A stretch of 64,000 nt of DNA, taken from assembly GCA_963724605.1 (NCBI GenBank), contig CAVRVM010000006.1, forward strand, positions 15,454-79,453. Reading direction: 5' to 3'. Positions 42,438 to 53,518 of the stretch are shown here, piece after piece; positions within the stretch are counted from its first letter, which is position 1, and each line of letters begins with the position of its first letter. The notes under the pieces were generated by a model. That model saw nothing but the letters and a program-made list of their open reading frames with translations, did no database searches and was not told the origin of the DNA. Position numbers and translations under genes: made by a program. Source of the stretch: an uncultured beta proteobacterium (GTDB lineage: Bacteria > Pseudomonadota > Gammaproteobacteria > Burkholderiales > Burkholderiaceae_F).

Positions 42438-43404
42438 ATGAACCGATCCGAGTTGCAGATTCCGGCAGGACGGCGAGACGTCGCGGGAACGAGCGGCGTT
42501 GCTGCTCGCCTTCGCGCTGATCCTCGTCTGGGGCATCAATTTCAGCGTGCAGAAGGCAGTGTTCGCGGCGGTGACGCCCGGCGGGTTCCTGTTTGTCCGC
42601 TACTTGATCATGCCGGTCTGCGCGGTGGCGTTGCTGTGGCAGCGCTTCGGCACGGACTGGCCGCGCTTGCCGCGCGGCGAGTGGCTGGCGCTGCTGCGGC
42701 TCGGACTGCTGGGCCACCTGATGCACGTCGGGCTCGTGACCTTCGGCATCGACTGGTCGACCGCGTTCTCGAGCTCGCTGATCCTGGCCTGCGGGCCGGT
42801 ATTCACGCTGCTGTTGCTGCGCGGGCTCGGTGTCGAGCGACTGACGCACGCGCAGATCGCCGGCGTCGGGGTCGCCTGCGTCGGTGTGCTGATATTCCTG
42901 TCCGACAAGCTGCTCGGCGCGCAATGGCGGCGCGAGCGGCGGTGATCTGGTGCTGCTGGTCGCGGCATTCTTCTTCTCCGCGTATACCGTGGCGGCGAAA
43001 CCCCTGATCGAGCGCCACGGCGGCGTCTGGTGATGGCCTATGCGACGCTGCTCGGTTCCGTGCCGGTGCTGGTCCTCAGCCTGCCCGCCGGCCTGCGCGT
43101 CGACTGGGCGAGCGTGCCGCTCGCGATCTGGGCCGGATTGTTCTGGGCGGTCGTGCTGTCGGCTTTCGTTGGCTGGATCGTCTGGGGCTGGGTCAATGCG
43201 GTGCGCGGCGTCGCGCGCACCGCGCCGCTGATGTACCTGATGCCGCCGGTGGCAGGGCTGGTCGCGTGGTGGGTGACCGGCGAAGGCTACGGTGCGATCA
43301 AACTGCTGGGCGCTGCGGTCACGCTGATCGGCGTGGCGGTCGCGCAGTTCGCACGGCGTGGCGATCCGGCGCGCAGCGTCGAAAGCGTGGGCGTCGTCGA
43401 CTGA
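42438..43404 (+). pseudogene. EamA/DMT-family transporter (frameshifted)
   Basis: 'LLLAFALILVWGINFSVQKAVF...' (ORF 42499..42945), 'LVLLVAAFFFSAYTVAAKPLIERHGG', and ORF 43030..43404 ('LFWAVVLSAFVGWIVWGWVNAVRGVARTAPLMYLMPPVAGLVAW') together make two EamA repeats. Confidence 0.75.
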
Positions 43405-43421
43405 CTCCCGCGCGGAGTCTC

Positions 43422-44387
43422 CTAGGATCCGGCTGAAACTCCGTTTTCCTTCACGACCTTGCTCCAGCGCTCGACTTCCTTCTGCATGAAGGCCTTGAAC
43501 TCGGCAGGGCCCTGGCCGGTGATGGTCATGCCCTGCGCGGCGAGGCGCTCTGCGACTGCCGGATCCTTCAAGGCCTTCTGCAATTCGGCGTTCATGCGGT
43601 CGACGATGGCTGCCGGGGTCTTGGCGGGTGCAATCACGCCCCAGTAAGCGAGCGCCTCGAAGTTCTTGATGCCGCTTTCGGCCAGCGTCGGCGTGTCCGG
43701 CAGGCTCGCATTTCGCTTCGCGCCGGTCACCGCCATCGGTCGGACCGTGCCCGCCTTCACGTGCGGCATCACCAGAAACACGGTGCCGATGCCCAACGGA
43801 GTGTGTCCGGCGACCACGTCATTCATCAGAGGGCCGCCGCCCCGGTAGGGGATGTGCGTCCAGGACCAGCCGTCCTGCTTGCCGGCCTGGATCATCGCGA
43901 GGTGCCCGAGGCTGCCGGTGCCGATCGAGCCGATCGTGATGCCCTTGATGCTGCGCGCATCGGCGTTGACGTCGGCGAACTTCATGTACTTCGACTTGCT
44001 GGAGGCGACCAGCGCCATCGGCGAAGTGCCGATCAGCGTCACGTGCTCCAGGCCCTTGATTGTGTCGTACGAGATGTTGGGGATCAGGCTCGCGTTGGTG
44101 CCGTGCGTATCGAACACAACGCCGAAGGTGTAGCCGTCAGGCGCGGCCTTGGCGACCGCCGCGGTACCGATCGAGCCCGAGGCACCGCCGATATTCTCGA
44201 CGATCACGCTCTGCCCAAGTTGCTTCGTCAACTGCTGTGCCAGCACGCGCGCGACCTGGTCGACCGAACCGCCGGGCGGAAAGACGGCGATCAGCCGGAT
44301 CGCCTTGTCGGGCCAGGTCTGGGCGCCGGCGACGCCGGAGATGAAGGCCAGGGCCATCGCGGCCAGGGCGCGAGAAAGCGGAAGCAT
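43422..44387 (-). CDS. Bug-family (TctC-like) tripartite tricarboxylate transporter substrate-binding protein
   Basis: The ATG at 44387 opens 'MLPLSRALAAMALAFISGVAGAQTWPDKAIRLIAVFPPGGSVDQVARVLAQ...PYRGGGPLMNDVVAGH...'. This is the classic Bug signature. Confidence 0.9.
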   Translation of the reverse strand: MLPLSRALAAMALAFISGVAGAQTWPDKAIRLIAVFPPGGSVDQVARVLAQQLTKQLGQSVIVENIGGASGSIGTAAVAKAAPDGYTFGVVFDTHGTNASLIPNISYDTIKGLEHVTLIGTSPMALVASSKSKYMKFADVNADARSIKGITIGSIGTGSLGHLAMIQAGKQDGWSWTHIPYRGGGPLMNDVVAGHTPLGIGTVFLVMPHVKAGTVRPMAVTGAKRNASLPDTPTLAESGIKNFEALAYWGVIAPAKTPAAIVDRMNAELQKALKDPAVAERLAAQGMTITGQGPAEFKAFMQKEVERWSKVVKENGVSAGS

Positions 44388-44665
44388 CGTCGTCTTATAT
44401 GGACGCCTCCCGTGTGGCAAGCGAATTGTTGAAGTTCTGGCTCTGGCGAGAACGATTGCGGTCTTATATCCGGCCTGTGGTCGCGGCCGGATATGCCGGG
44501 CTGCTGGCCCTGATGGGTATTCGCAGGGCCGGAGCTCATCTCCCACGGCGAGCTTGGTTTGAAGCCTGGCTCCGGGAATCATTCAGCTTGACCGACCCGC
44601 GGACCGCCCGCGTTTGCCATCACTTCATCGATTCGAGTTACGCACTCTTTGCGGCATCCACTCCT

Positions 44666-45741
44666 TCAGTTGGGTTGATCTACGTGGCTACCGCATTGGC
44701 GTGCCACACCCGGCCTGGCGCTAGCCAGTCCCGCCTGATACTCACGGCCGTGCGCCACCAGCGCCCAGGCCGTGCGTGCCATCTTGTTGGCGAGCGCCGC
44801 CACCACCACGTTCAGCGGTCGCCTCGCCAGCATCTGCTCCAGCCACTGCACTCTTGATCTTGGCGTGCCAGATCACCGAGCGCGCCCCGTGCATCAGCAG
44901 CGTGCGGATGTAGGGGTCGCCGCGCTTGCTCAGTTTGCCGATGCTTACCTTGCCGCCCGGTGCCACTGTGCGCGCGGCACCAACCCCAGGCTGGCCGCGA
45001 ACTCGCGGGCACTGCGGTCAGCCCTGTGCATTCTCGCCCAGCACCGCCGCCAACGCCGTCGCGCCCAGCAGGACCGATCCCGGGAATCTGCCGCACCCGC
45101 CGCGCGCTCTCCAGTTGCCTCTCTAGCGCCTGCAGTCTGCGCCTCGATGCCGTCAATGCGCTGGCTCGATCCAGCTCAGCATCTCCAGTTGCCCGTCCAT
45201 CAACGCACGCATCGGCGCCGGCACCGCCGCGTCGATCTGCGCTCGGCTCGCCTGCAACCCCTTCAATCCCGCCCGCCGCCCCCCGGGCAGCAGCACCCCG
45301 AACTCGTAGAGCAGCCCGCGCAAACCGTTCACCGTCTGCCGTCCTCACGCTTCACCCACTGCGCGCGCACCCGGTGCAGCGCCAGCACCGCTTGCTGCTC
45401 CTCGCTCTTCACGGGCACCCACCTCATACCCCGGTTGATGTGCCGTTGACCAGATCGCCCGCGCATCGGCCGCGTCGTTCTTGTTGCTCCGAACGTACGC
45501 CCGCACGGCCGCGCGGCCACCAGCCTCACCTCGTGGCCCAGACCCGCGAGCGTGCGCGCCCAAGAGTGACGCGCTGCCGCACGCCTCGAGCACGACCCGC
45601 CCGGGTGCGCGTTGCGCAAAAAACGCCGCCAGCTGCGTGCGCTTCAGCCGTCCGCTGCCCGATCTCGCCCGTCTCACCCTCGACCCAGTACACCTGCATC
45701 ACACTCTTTGCGACATCCAAGCCATACGTCGTAGCATTCAT
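44666..45741 (-). mobile_element. IS110-family transposase gene, degraded (many frame switches and internal stops)
   Basis: The N-terminus 'MNATTYGLDVAKSVMQVYWV...VVLEACGSA' starts at 45741. The middle 'VPVKSEEQQAVLALHRVRAQWVK' is in ORF 45329..45619. The C-terminus is 'GGKVSIGKLSKRGDPYIRTLLMHGARSVIWHAK' (ORF 44742..44966) and 'LNVVVAALANKMARTAWALVAHGREY' (ORF 44666..44851). The element ends are not identified. Confidence 0.8.
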
Positions 45742-46248
45742 CCTGGGGCCTCCGTCCTCATGGGTAGTTAACGCACTTCCCACTTTGGCACTTCGATGCC
45801 GTCGGATCGAGAGGCCCCAACTTCCCCGCCTATCTCGCTCAACACCCTCGGCGGGGGGAGGCGTCCATACCATCTCCTGTCGTATGCGCCTTTGTTGCGC
45901 ACCGGGCCGCGAGCTTAGCGACCCGCTGCCCGCGCGTCACGCGTCGGGGGTCAGCCGCTGCGGACGCGACTGGCCATCAGGTCGTTCATACTCTTCACAA
46001 CGGCTTGGGTTTTGGCTCATGGCGTCGCTGCCCGCGCTTCATGAGTTGTCGGCCGCCCACGGAGCAGGGTTCGGAGTAATAATGAAGTCGGCTGCTCCCC
46101 GCGCCTTGTGAGCGTGACCTTCCACCCGCGCCCGCAGACGGAAGGGTGCTGCAGCCGTGTGGAAGGCTCACGGCCAAGTTTGGGTAATGCCGATGCACGA
46201 ACTCATAAGGACGGTCGCAAACCGTACCCACCACAAAGGAGGAGACAC

Positions 46249-47479
46249 ATGAAGCGAACCCTGTCCTACCTGCTCGCGGCCATGCTGTGGTACCGCGGCC
46301 TCTGTCGCCGTGGCCCAGGAAACGATCAAGATCGGCGCGCCACAGCCGATGACCGGCCCCGATGCTCCGTTCGGTGACAAGTTCAAGAAGGCCTACACCA
46401 TGGCCGTCGACGAAATCAACGCGAAGGGCGGCGTCAACGGCCGCAAGCTCGAAGTCATCATCGAAGACCACCAGGCCAAGAACCCGATGGCCGCCACGGT
46501 GGCAGAAAAGCTGATCACGCAATACAAGGTACTGGTCCTGACCGGTGGGCGCGCGTCCGGCCAGTCCATCGAGATCGCCTCGGTCGCCCAGCGACTGAAG
46601 ACACCCTATGTCGTCGATCATCCCTCGGCCGACGCCATCACCGCCAAGGGGTTCGACTTCGTGTTCCGCCAGAATCCGACCGGCTCGATTTACCCCGAGG
46701 CCTTTTTCAAGTTCATCTCGGAAGTGCCGGGCGCGATGCCGAAATCGGTGGCGGTGGTCTATGACAACAGCCTCTTCGGTAAGACCATCGGCAACGCCAA
46801 CATGGCCTTCATGAAGTCGAAGAACGTGCCGATCGTCAATGACGAGGCCTACCCGGTGAACACGCTGGATTTCAGGCCGATCATGACCAAGGTCAAGGCG
46901 AGTAATCCCGACATGGTGCTGCTGATCGCGGTAGCGACGACCGACGCGGTCCTCATGACGCGCCACGCGAAGGAGATCGGCATCAATGCGCGGGCCTTCG
47001 TCGGCTTCGGCGGCGGCTTCGGCGTGGAGGACTTCGCCAAACAGCTTGGCCCTCTGGCCGAGAATGTGTTTTCGTCGGCAGCCTGGGCCGGCAACCCGAA
47101 CGACCCAGCGACCAAGGCGTTCTACAAGAACTTCGAGGCCATGTACAAGATCCAGCCGCATGAGCACGAAGTTGAAGGCTATGCCGTTATCTATGTGATC
47201 GCCGACGCCATACAGCGCACCAAGCTCACCGGCAACCTGGAGGCCGACCGCGAGGCCCTGCGCCAGTCGCTGCTGAAGACCGACATGCAAACGGTTTTCG
47301 GCAAGACCAAGTTCGGCAACTGGACCGGCCCGCTGGGCGACGCCTACACGAACCAGAACATCTATTCGCGCGACCACTCGGTCATGGCCCAGTGGCGCGG
47401 CGGCGCGCTGCTCGACGTCTATCCGAAGGCGGGTGCCGTGACCAACTACATCTTCCCGGATCCGGCCAGCCGGCCCTGA
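46249..47479 (+). pseudogene. LIV-type (branched-chain/hydrophobic amino acid) ABC transporter substrate-binding protein (frameshift inside the signal peptide)
   Basis: An RBS 'aaggaggag' precedes the ATG at 46249, which opens 'MKRTLSYLLAAML'. The mature part 'QETIKIGAPQPMTGPDAPFGDKFKKAYTMAVDEINAKGGVNGRKLEVIIEDHQAK' is in ORF 46310..47479. Confidence 0.8.
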
Positions 47480-47511
47480 TTCCCCGCTGAAGCACTACTG
47501 ATCTGACCTAT

Positions 47512-47535
47512 CCGCGCCGCCCTCGGGCGGCGCGG
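47512..47535 (+). other. GC-rich stem-loop between the binding-protein and permease genes
   Basis: CCGCGCCGCCC-TC-GGGCGGCGCGG has perfect 11-bp arms (effectively a 10-bp stem with a 4-nt loop). No U-tract follows. It is possibly an intercistronic stabiliser or attenuator. Confidence 0.35.
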
Positions 47536-47557
47536 CCGGGCGGTTGCGGATCCTGCG

Positions 47558-48424
47558 ATGGAAACACTGCTGCAAAGCGTGGTCAGCGGCGTGCTGATGG
47601 GCTCGCTCTACGCGATGATCGCGGTGGGGCTGACGATCGTGTTCGGTGTCATGCGCATCATCAACATGGCACACGGCGAGATGGTGATGCTCGGCATGTT
47701 CGGCGCCTTCTGGTCGTATGCGCTGGGCGGAATCGACCCGTTCCTGTCGCTGCTGATCTGGATGCCAGCGATGTTCGCCTTCGGCATGTTCGTGCAGCGC
47801 TTCCTGCTCAGGAAGATCATCGCCGGCGGCGAACTCAACACGCTGCTTTACACCGCCGGGCTGTCGTTGCTGATCGCCAACCTGGCGCTGCTCTTCTGGA
47901 CCGGCGACTACCGCAATATCAATCTCTCCTATAGCTCGCCTCCGATGCGGCCGTTCGGGATCTCAGTGTCGGTGCCGCTCGCAATTGCGTTCGTGCTCGC
48001 GATCATCATCACCACGGCACTCTATTTCTTCCTGTCGCGCACCGACACCGGTCGCGCCATTCGCGCTACCGCACAGAACCCTGACTCGGCTGCGCTGATG
48101 GGCGTCAATGTGGCACGCATTGACATGATCACCTTCGGCCTTGGCACCGCGCTGGCCGGGGCCGCTGGTGTACTGCTGGCCCCGTCGCTGTACCTCTATC
48201 CGACCGTCGGCGAGATTCTCGTCGTCAAGTGCTTCGTTGTTGTCGTCCTCGGCGGACTGGGCTCGATTCCTGGCGCGATCGCCGGCGGCGTCCTGCTCGG
48301 CCTGGTCGAGTCGCTTGGCGCCGTCTATGTCTCGGTGGCCTACAAGGACACGATCGGCTTCGTGCTCTTCCTGCTGGTGCTGCTGTTTCGGCCATCGGGC
48401 CTGTTCGGTGCGGGGAGGTCGTGA
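47558..48424 (+). CDS. ABC transporter permease, LivH-like
   Basis: This is an intact 288 aa ORF with 'MAHGEMVMLGMFGAF' and a hydrophobic multi-pass profile. Confidence 0.85.
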   Translation: METLLQSVVSGVLMGSLYAMIAVGLTIVFGVMRIINMAHGEMVMLGMFGAFWSYALGGIDPFLSLLIWMPAMFAFGMFVQRFLLRKIIAGGELNTLLYTAGLSLLIANLALLFWTGDYRNINLSYSSPPMRPFGISVSVPLAIAFVLAIIITTALYFFLSRTDTGRAIRATAQNPDSAALMGVNVARIDMITFGLGTALAGAAGVLLAPSLYLYPTVGEILVVKCFVVVVLGGLGSIPGAIAGGVLLGLVESLGAVYVSVAYKDTIGFVLFLLVLLFRPSGLFGAGRS

Positions 48425-49380
48425 GCAAGAACCGCATCATCGGGGTCGTCGTCGCGCTGGCGGTGCTCGCGGCACCACTCACGACGGCCAATCCGTTCTT
48501 CCAGCACCTGCTGATCATGGTCCTGTTCTCGACCCTGCTCGGCGTCGCGTGGAATCTGCTCGGCGGCTATTCCGGCCAGGTCTCGTTCGGTCACTCGGCC
48601 TTTCTCGGCGTCGGCGCGTACGCCACCATGCTGCTGCATCTCAAACTCGGCTGGTCTCCCTGGCTGGGCATGGTGATCGGTGGGTTCCTGGCCAGTCTCA
48701 TGGCCGTTCCGATCGGACTGATCTGCTTCCGCCTGCGCGGCCCGTATTTCTCGCTCGCAACTCTTGCCGTGGCCGAGATCGTGCGCCTGGTCGCGCTCAA
48801 CTGGGAAAGCCTCACGGCCGGCCCACAGGGTCTGCTGATCACACACCTGCCCGAGTTGCATCTCTTCGGCCGAGCCATCGACTGGGAAACCAAGATTCCC
48901 TTTTATTACGTCATTGCCGTGCTGACCCTGCTGGGGATGGGCGTGACCTTCTTCGTCTCACAGTCGCGGCTCGGCGCCTATCTGCTTGCGGTGCGTGAGG
49001 ACATCGACAGCGCCGAGGCGGCCGGTATCGACACCGTGCGCACACGGGTGGTGGCCCTGGCTCTGTCCGCGGCCCTGGTCGGACTGGCGGGCGGCTTCTA
49101 TGGCCTGTACTTCCGCTACATCGACCCTGATGCGGTGTTCTCTGTGGCCCTGTCGGTCGAGATGGTGTTCATCGCCGTGGTCGGCGGCATCGCCACCACC
49201 GGCGGGCCGATCGTTGGCGCGATCTTCCTGGTGACGATTTCCGAGATCTTCCGCGAGCGTTTTCAGTCCGGCCACCTGATCTTCTATGGCCTGTTCATGA
49301 TGTTGACCATCCGTTATCTACCCGAGGGCATCTGGGGCAGGCTGCGCCTCGTGCTGCGGCTCTCGACGCAGCGCTCGTAG
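48421..49380 (+). CDS. ABC transporter permease, LivM-like
   Basis: The GTG at 48421 overlaps the upstream stop (GTGA). It contains 'NLLGGYSGQVSFGHSAFLGVGAYA' and 'LGAYLLAVREDIDSAEAAGIDT'. Confidence 0.85.
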   Translation: MSKNRIIGVVVALAVLAAPLTTANPFFQHLLIMVLFSTLLGVAWNLLGGYSGQVSFGHSAFLGVGAYATMLLHLKLGWSPWLGMVIGGFLASLMAVPIGLICFRLRGPYFSLATLAVAEIVRLVALNWESLTAGPQGLLITHLPELHLFGRAIDWETKIPFYYVIAVLTLLGMGVTFFVSQSRLGAYLLAVREDIDSAEAAGIDTVRTRVVALALSAALVGLAGGFYGLYFRYIDPDAVFSVALSVEMVFIAVVGGIATTGGPIVGAIFLVTISEIFRERFQSGHLIFYGLFMMLTIRYLPEGIWGRLRLVLRLSTQRS

Positions 49381-49386
49381 TCCGAC

Positions 49387-50106
49387 ATGGCACTCCTCGA
49401 AGTCAGCCACCTCACCAAGGATTTCGGCGGCCTGCGGGCCGTGTCCGACCTTGCCTTTGTACTGAACCAGGGAGAAATCCTCGGCCTGATCGGCCCAAAC
49501 GGCGCGGGCAAGACGACGGTCTTCAACCTGATGTCGGGTTTCCTCGACCCGACATCGGGTTCGGTCCGGCTTGACGGCGAAGAGCTGGTGGGCCTCCGGC
49601 CGAACGCCATCGTTAAACGCTGTGTGGCGCGCACGTTCCAGATTGTCAAGCCCTTCCGCAAGCTGACCGTGCTGGAAAACGTCGTACTCGCCGCATTCCT
49701 GCATGAACCGAAACGACTCGCGGCGACGACCGAGGCACGGCGCATCCTCGGCATGCTCGACCTGACCGAGAAGGCCGACAGCTACGCCGCCGACCTGACG
49801 CTGGGCCAGCAGAAGCGATTGGAAATTGCGCGCTGCCTTGCCACGCGACCCAAGGTGCTGTTTCTCGACGAACCGATGGGTGGACTCAATCCCACCGAGG
49901 TCGAGGCCGCCTGCGACCTGGTGCTGAAGCTGCGCGCCAACGGCATCACGGTGATCCTGGTCGAGCATCAGATGCGCGCCATCATGAAGATCTCCGACCG
50001 CGTGCTCGTGCTCCATCACGGCGTCAAGATTGCCGATGCGACACCCGAGGCCATCGTTCGTGATCCGGCGGTGATCAAGGCGTATCTCGGCGAAGAGGCC
50101 GCCTGA
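49387..50106 (+). CDS. ABC transporter ATP-binding protein, LivG-like
   Basis: The Walker A is 'GPNGAGKTT', the signature-like motif is 'LTLGQQKRLEIAR', and the Walker B is 'VLFLDEPMGG'. Confidence 0.85.
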   Translation: MALLEVSHLTKDFGGLRAVSDLAFVLNQGEILGLIGPNGAGKTTVFNLMSGFLDPTSGSVRLDGEELVGLRPNAIVKRCVARTFQIVKPFRKLTVLENVVLAAFLHEPKRLAATTEARRILGMLDLTEKADSYAADLTLGQQKRLEIARCLATRPKVLFLDEPMGGLNPTEVEAACDLVLKLRANGITVILVEHQMRAIMKISDRVLVLHHGVKIADATPEAIVRDPAVIKAYLGEEAA

Positions 50107-50807
50107 TGCTGAGCGTGAGGAACTTGCAGGTGGCCTACGGCTCCGTCCAGGCGCTGTGGGATGTCTCCTTCGACGTACCCGAAGGCGAGATCGTCGCCAT
50201 CATCGGCGCCAACGGCGCCGGTAAGAGCACGACGCTGAAGACGCTCGCCGGTCTGCTCAAGCCCATCGGTGGCACCATCTCGCTCGACGGCGCGCGGCTC
50301 GACCAGGCCACTTCGATGGACATCGTGCGCCATAGAATCGTGCTGGTACCGGAGGGCCGACGGCTGTTCCCGGACATGTCGGTGCTCGATAACCTGTTGA
50401 TGGGTGCCTACTCGACCCCAAAGAACGGGCGCGAGGAACGGCTGGAGAAGGTGTTCGCCACTTTCCCGAGCGCCAAGGAACGCCAGCGACAACTCGCTGG
50501 CACGCTTTCCGGTGGGGAGCAGCAGATGGTTGCGATCGGCCGCGGCCTGATGGCCGACCCACGCATCCTGATGCTCGATGAGCCATCGCTGGGCCTCGCG
50601 CCGAGGATAGTCGAGGAGGTGTTCCGCGTCGTGCAGGAAATCAACGCCACCGGTGTCACGGTCCTGCTTGTCGAGCAGAACACGCAGCACACCCTGAAGA
50701 TCGCGCATCGCGGCTATGTCGTCGAAGCCGGTCGCACAGTGCTTTCCGGAACCGGCCAGGAGTTGCTCGGCAACGACGAGGTGCGGCGCGCCTATCTGGG
50801 CCTGTAG
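50106..50807 (+). CDS. ABC transporter ATP-binding protein, LivF-like
   Basis: The Walker A is 'GANGAGKST', the signature is 'LSGGEQQMVAIGR', and the Walker B is 'ILMLDEPSLG'. There is a 1-nt overlap with the upstream gene. Confidence 0.85.
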   Translation: MLSVRNLQVAYGSVQALWDVSFDVPEGEIVAIIGANGAGKSTTLKTLAGLLKPIGGTISLDGARLDQATSMDIVRHRIVLVPEGRRLFPDMSVLDNLLMGAYSTPKNGREERLEKVFATFPSAKERQRQLAGTLSGGEQQMVAIGRGLMADPRILMLDEPSLGLAPRIVEEVFRVVQEINATGVTVLLVEQNTQHTLKIAHRGYVVEAGRTVLSGTGQELLGNDEVRRAYLGL

Positions 50808-50888
50808 TCGACAGGATCAAAGGTCTCGCGGCAGTCGACACCTGTGAGAATCGGCACGTGGCGGCCATGTGGGTCGCCACGAGGGCCG

Positions 50889-52016
50889 TTAGAACACTGC
50901 GCCTCGTGCCTCGATCGGCCAGAGATCGATGACGATGTCGTTGCGTGAGACGACGATGACGTCATGCAGGTTGATCGTCGGATCGATGTGACCGGGAATC
51001 AGCAGCGGCTTGTCGCCGAGCGCAAGGTTGGGCCCGTCGTTGCCGGCGCGGATCAGCACCGTGTGCTCGTCGGACACGCCGCGTACCTGCCAGCCATCGA
51101 ACGCGGGCATCGCGGGGCCAGAGTCGGTCGAGAAGGCCTTGAGCCCGGCGTCGAGCGTCACCCGGTCCCCGCGTGCGCTCATCACCGAGGCGATGATGTA
51201 CAGCGCCGGCTCGAAGGCCGGTGCGATCGGATCGAACTCGTTCTTGCCGTAGTCGATGTCCATCAGCACATACGAGCCGGGCTGCACCTCGTTGTAGACG
51301 CCGCTTCCAGTCTCGTACGGGAACGTGCCCGTGCCGCCGCCGGTGACGATGTCGCACGACAGGCCTTCGGCGAGCAGACCGTCGCGGGCGGCTCCGGCCA
51401 GTCCCGCCGCTGAGGTGATCGCCTGCCGGCGATCGCGGACGCTGCGTCGATGCTGGGCCGAGCCGTAGTAAGCCTGCAATCCGCGCAACCGCAGGCTCTT
51501 GTGCAGTTTGATCTCGCGTGCCAGGTCGATGACGGCCGGTGTATCCGGCACGCCGGCGCGGCCGTGGCCGACATCGAGCTCGATGTAGACGTCGAGTTCG
51601 GCCGCCAGCGCCCGGCAGGCAGTCGCGATCTGCCGCACCTGCCGCACGTCATCGACGCAGACGCCGATTTTCGCCTTCGGATAGCGCACAGCGAGCGATG
51701 CGAGCGCCGTAACCTTCCGCTTGCCGATGATCTCGTTGGTGATCAGTACGTCGTCGATGCCGCCTCCGAGGAAGATCTCGGCCTCGGAAACCTTCTGGCA
51801 GCAGATTCCGACCGCGCCCGCCTCCATCTGTCGCCGTGCGATCTCGACGCACTTGTGGCTCTTGGCATGCGGCCGGACCCGCATGCCCCGCACGGTGGAG
51901 GAGCGCATCAGCCGTTCCAGATTGGCTTCGAAGCGATCCAGGTCGAGGATCAGGGCAGGGGTGTCGACTTCATGCAGCGCGTCACCTACGCGTGCAGGCG
52001 TCCAGCGGGGTTTCAT
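50889..52016 (-). CDS. DSD1-family PLP enzyme (D-serine dehydratase-like / D-threonine aldolase-like)
   Basis: The ATG at 52016 opens 'DTPALILDLDRFEANLERL...VRPHAKSHKCVEIARRQMEAGAVGICCQKVSEAE', an alanine-racemase-like N-terminal fold with a PLP lysine. The C-terminus contains 'LIPGHIDPTINLHD'. Confidence 0.7.
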   Translation of the reverse strand: MKPRWTPARVGDALHEVDTPALILDLDRFEANLERLMRSSTVRGMRVRPHAKSHKCVEIARRQMEAGAVGICCQKVSEAEIFLGGGIDDVLITNEIIGKRKVTALASLAVRYPKAKIGVCVDDVRQVRQIATACRALAAELDVYIELDVGHGRAGVPDTPAVIDLAREIKLHKSLRLRGLQAYYGSAQHRRSVRDRRQAITSAAGLAGAARDGLLAEGLSCDIVTGGGTGTFPYETGSGVYNEVQPGSYVLMDIDYGKNEFDPIAPAFEPALYIIASVMSARGDRVTLDAGLKAFSTDSGPAMPAFDGWQVRGVSDEHTVLIRAGNDGPNLALGDKPLLIPGHIDPTINLHDVIVVSRNDIVIDLWPIEARGAVF

Positions 52017-52122
52017 GAAGCCGACTATAGCGTTCAGGTCGCGCCGGACGGCCCCCGTAGAATCGCGCCTTCTGGTGAATCCGCAGCGTTGACGGCCGCG
52101 GGAATCGCGGAGTGCGATCGAG

Positions 52123-52686
<564 letters not shown>

Positions 52687-52845
52687 CGGAGGGACTGCAT
52701 CTCGGGCCGTAAGGCGAAAGCCCGCTTGACGGGCACCGCCGATCCCTGAAAGTGTGGCGGGTGCCGATACGACGGCGTAGCATGCCCGCTCGCCTGCGCG
52801 CAAGGCGCCGGCGCCTTCGTTTCCACCAATGCAAGGGAGGGGAAC

Positions 52846-53451
52846 ATGGCTTACCACCTCGAAGGCCGTTTGCTCGAAGTCTGCAACTGCCGTGTCTTGT
52901 GTCCGTGCTGGATCGGCGAAGACCCGGACTTCAAAACCTGCGACACGATCGTCGCCTGGCATTTCGACAAGGGCACTGTCGACGGCGTCGACGTAACCGG
53001 CTGCACGCTCGCCATGATCGCGCACGTGCCCGGGAACATCCTCCAGGGCAACTGGACGGCCGCGGTCTATCTTAACGACAAGGTTTCACCCCAACAGGAA
53101 CAGGCGCTGCTGGCCGTCTACACCGGCCAGAAAGGCGGGCCTGTCGCAGACCTCGCCAAACTCGTCGGCAAAGTGGTGTCCGTGCAGAAGGTGCCGATCA
53201 CGTTCACAGTAAGCGGCGGCAACGGCACGATCAAGGTCGGTGACGCTGGTTACGCGGAGCTAACGCCCTATAAGAGCGCGTCGGGCGCGACGACGACGCT
53301 CACCGACACGGTGTTCTCGACCGTCCCCGGTGCGCCGGTGTTTGTCGGCAAGGCAACGGAATATTGGACCAAGAACCACGCGGGCATGGGCAAGGACATC
53401 AACATCAAGGGCCACAACGCGCTGCAGAGCACGTTCGTCTTCGACGCATGA
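52846..53451 (+). CDS. DUF1326-domain protein
   Basis: The N-terminal 'MAYHLEGRLLEVCNCRVLCPCWIGEDPDFKTCD' is the Cys-rich signature typical of DUF1326. Confidence 0.75.
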   Translation: MAYHLEGRLLEVCNCRVLCPCWIGEDPDFKTCDTIVAWHFDKGTVDGVDVTGCTLAMIAHVPGNILQGNWTAAVYLNDKVSPQQEQALLAVYTGQKGGPVADLAKLVGKVVSVQKVPITFTVSGGNGTIKVGDAGYAELTPYKSASGATTTLTDTVFSTVPGAPVFVGKATEYWTKNHAGMGKDINIKGHNALQSTFVFDA

Positions 53452-53518
53452 TGTGATCGGCCGGCGCGGGCATGCGCCGGTGAGCCTCCCGGGTTACAAA
53501 GTGGCCATCGAAAAGGCA

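Noticed and set aside
44960-46111. 383-aa ORF on the plus strand over the IS110 region
   Set aside because: It is antisense to the recognisable IS110 transposase fragments and has a Pro/Arg/Ala/Ser-rich composition.
46109-46170. Imperfect hairpin GTGAGCGTGACCTTCCAC ... GTGGAAGGCTCAC upstream of the LIV binding-protein gene
   Set aside because: The arms are interrupted and unequal, and there is no T-run or recognisable regulatory context. It could be a remnant of the IS flank, but I cannot support that.
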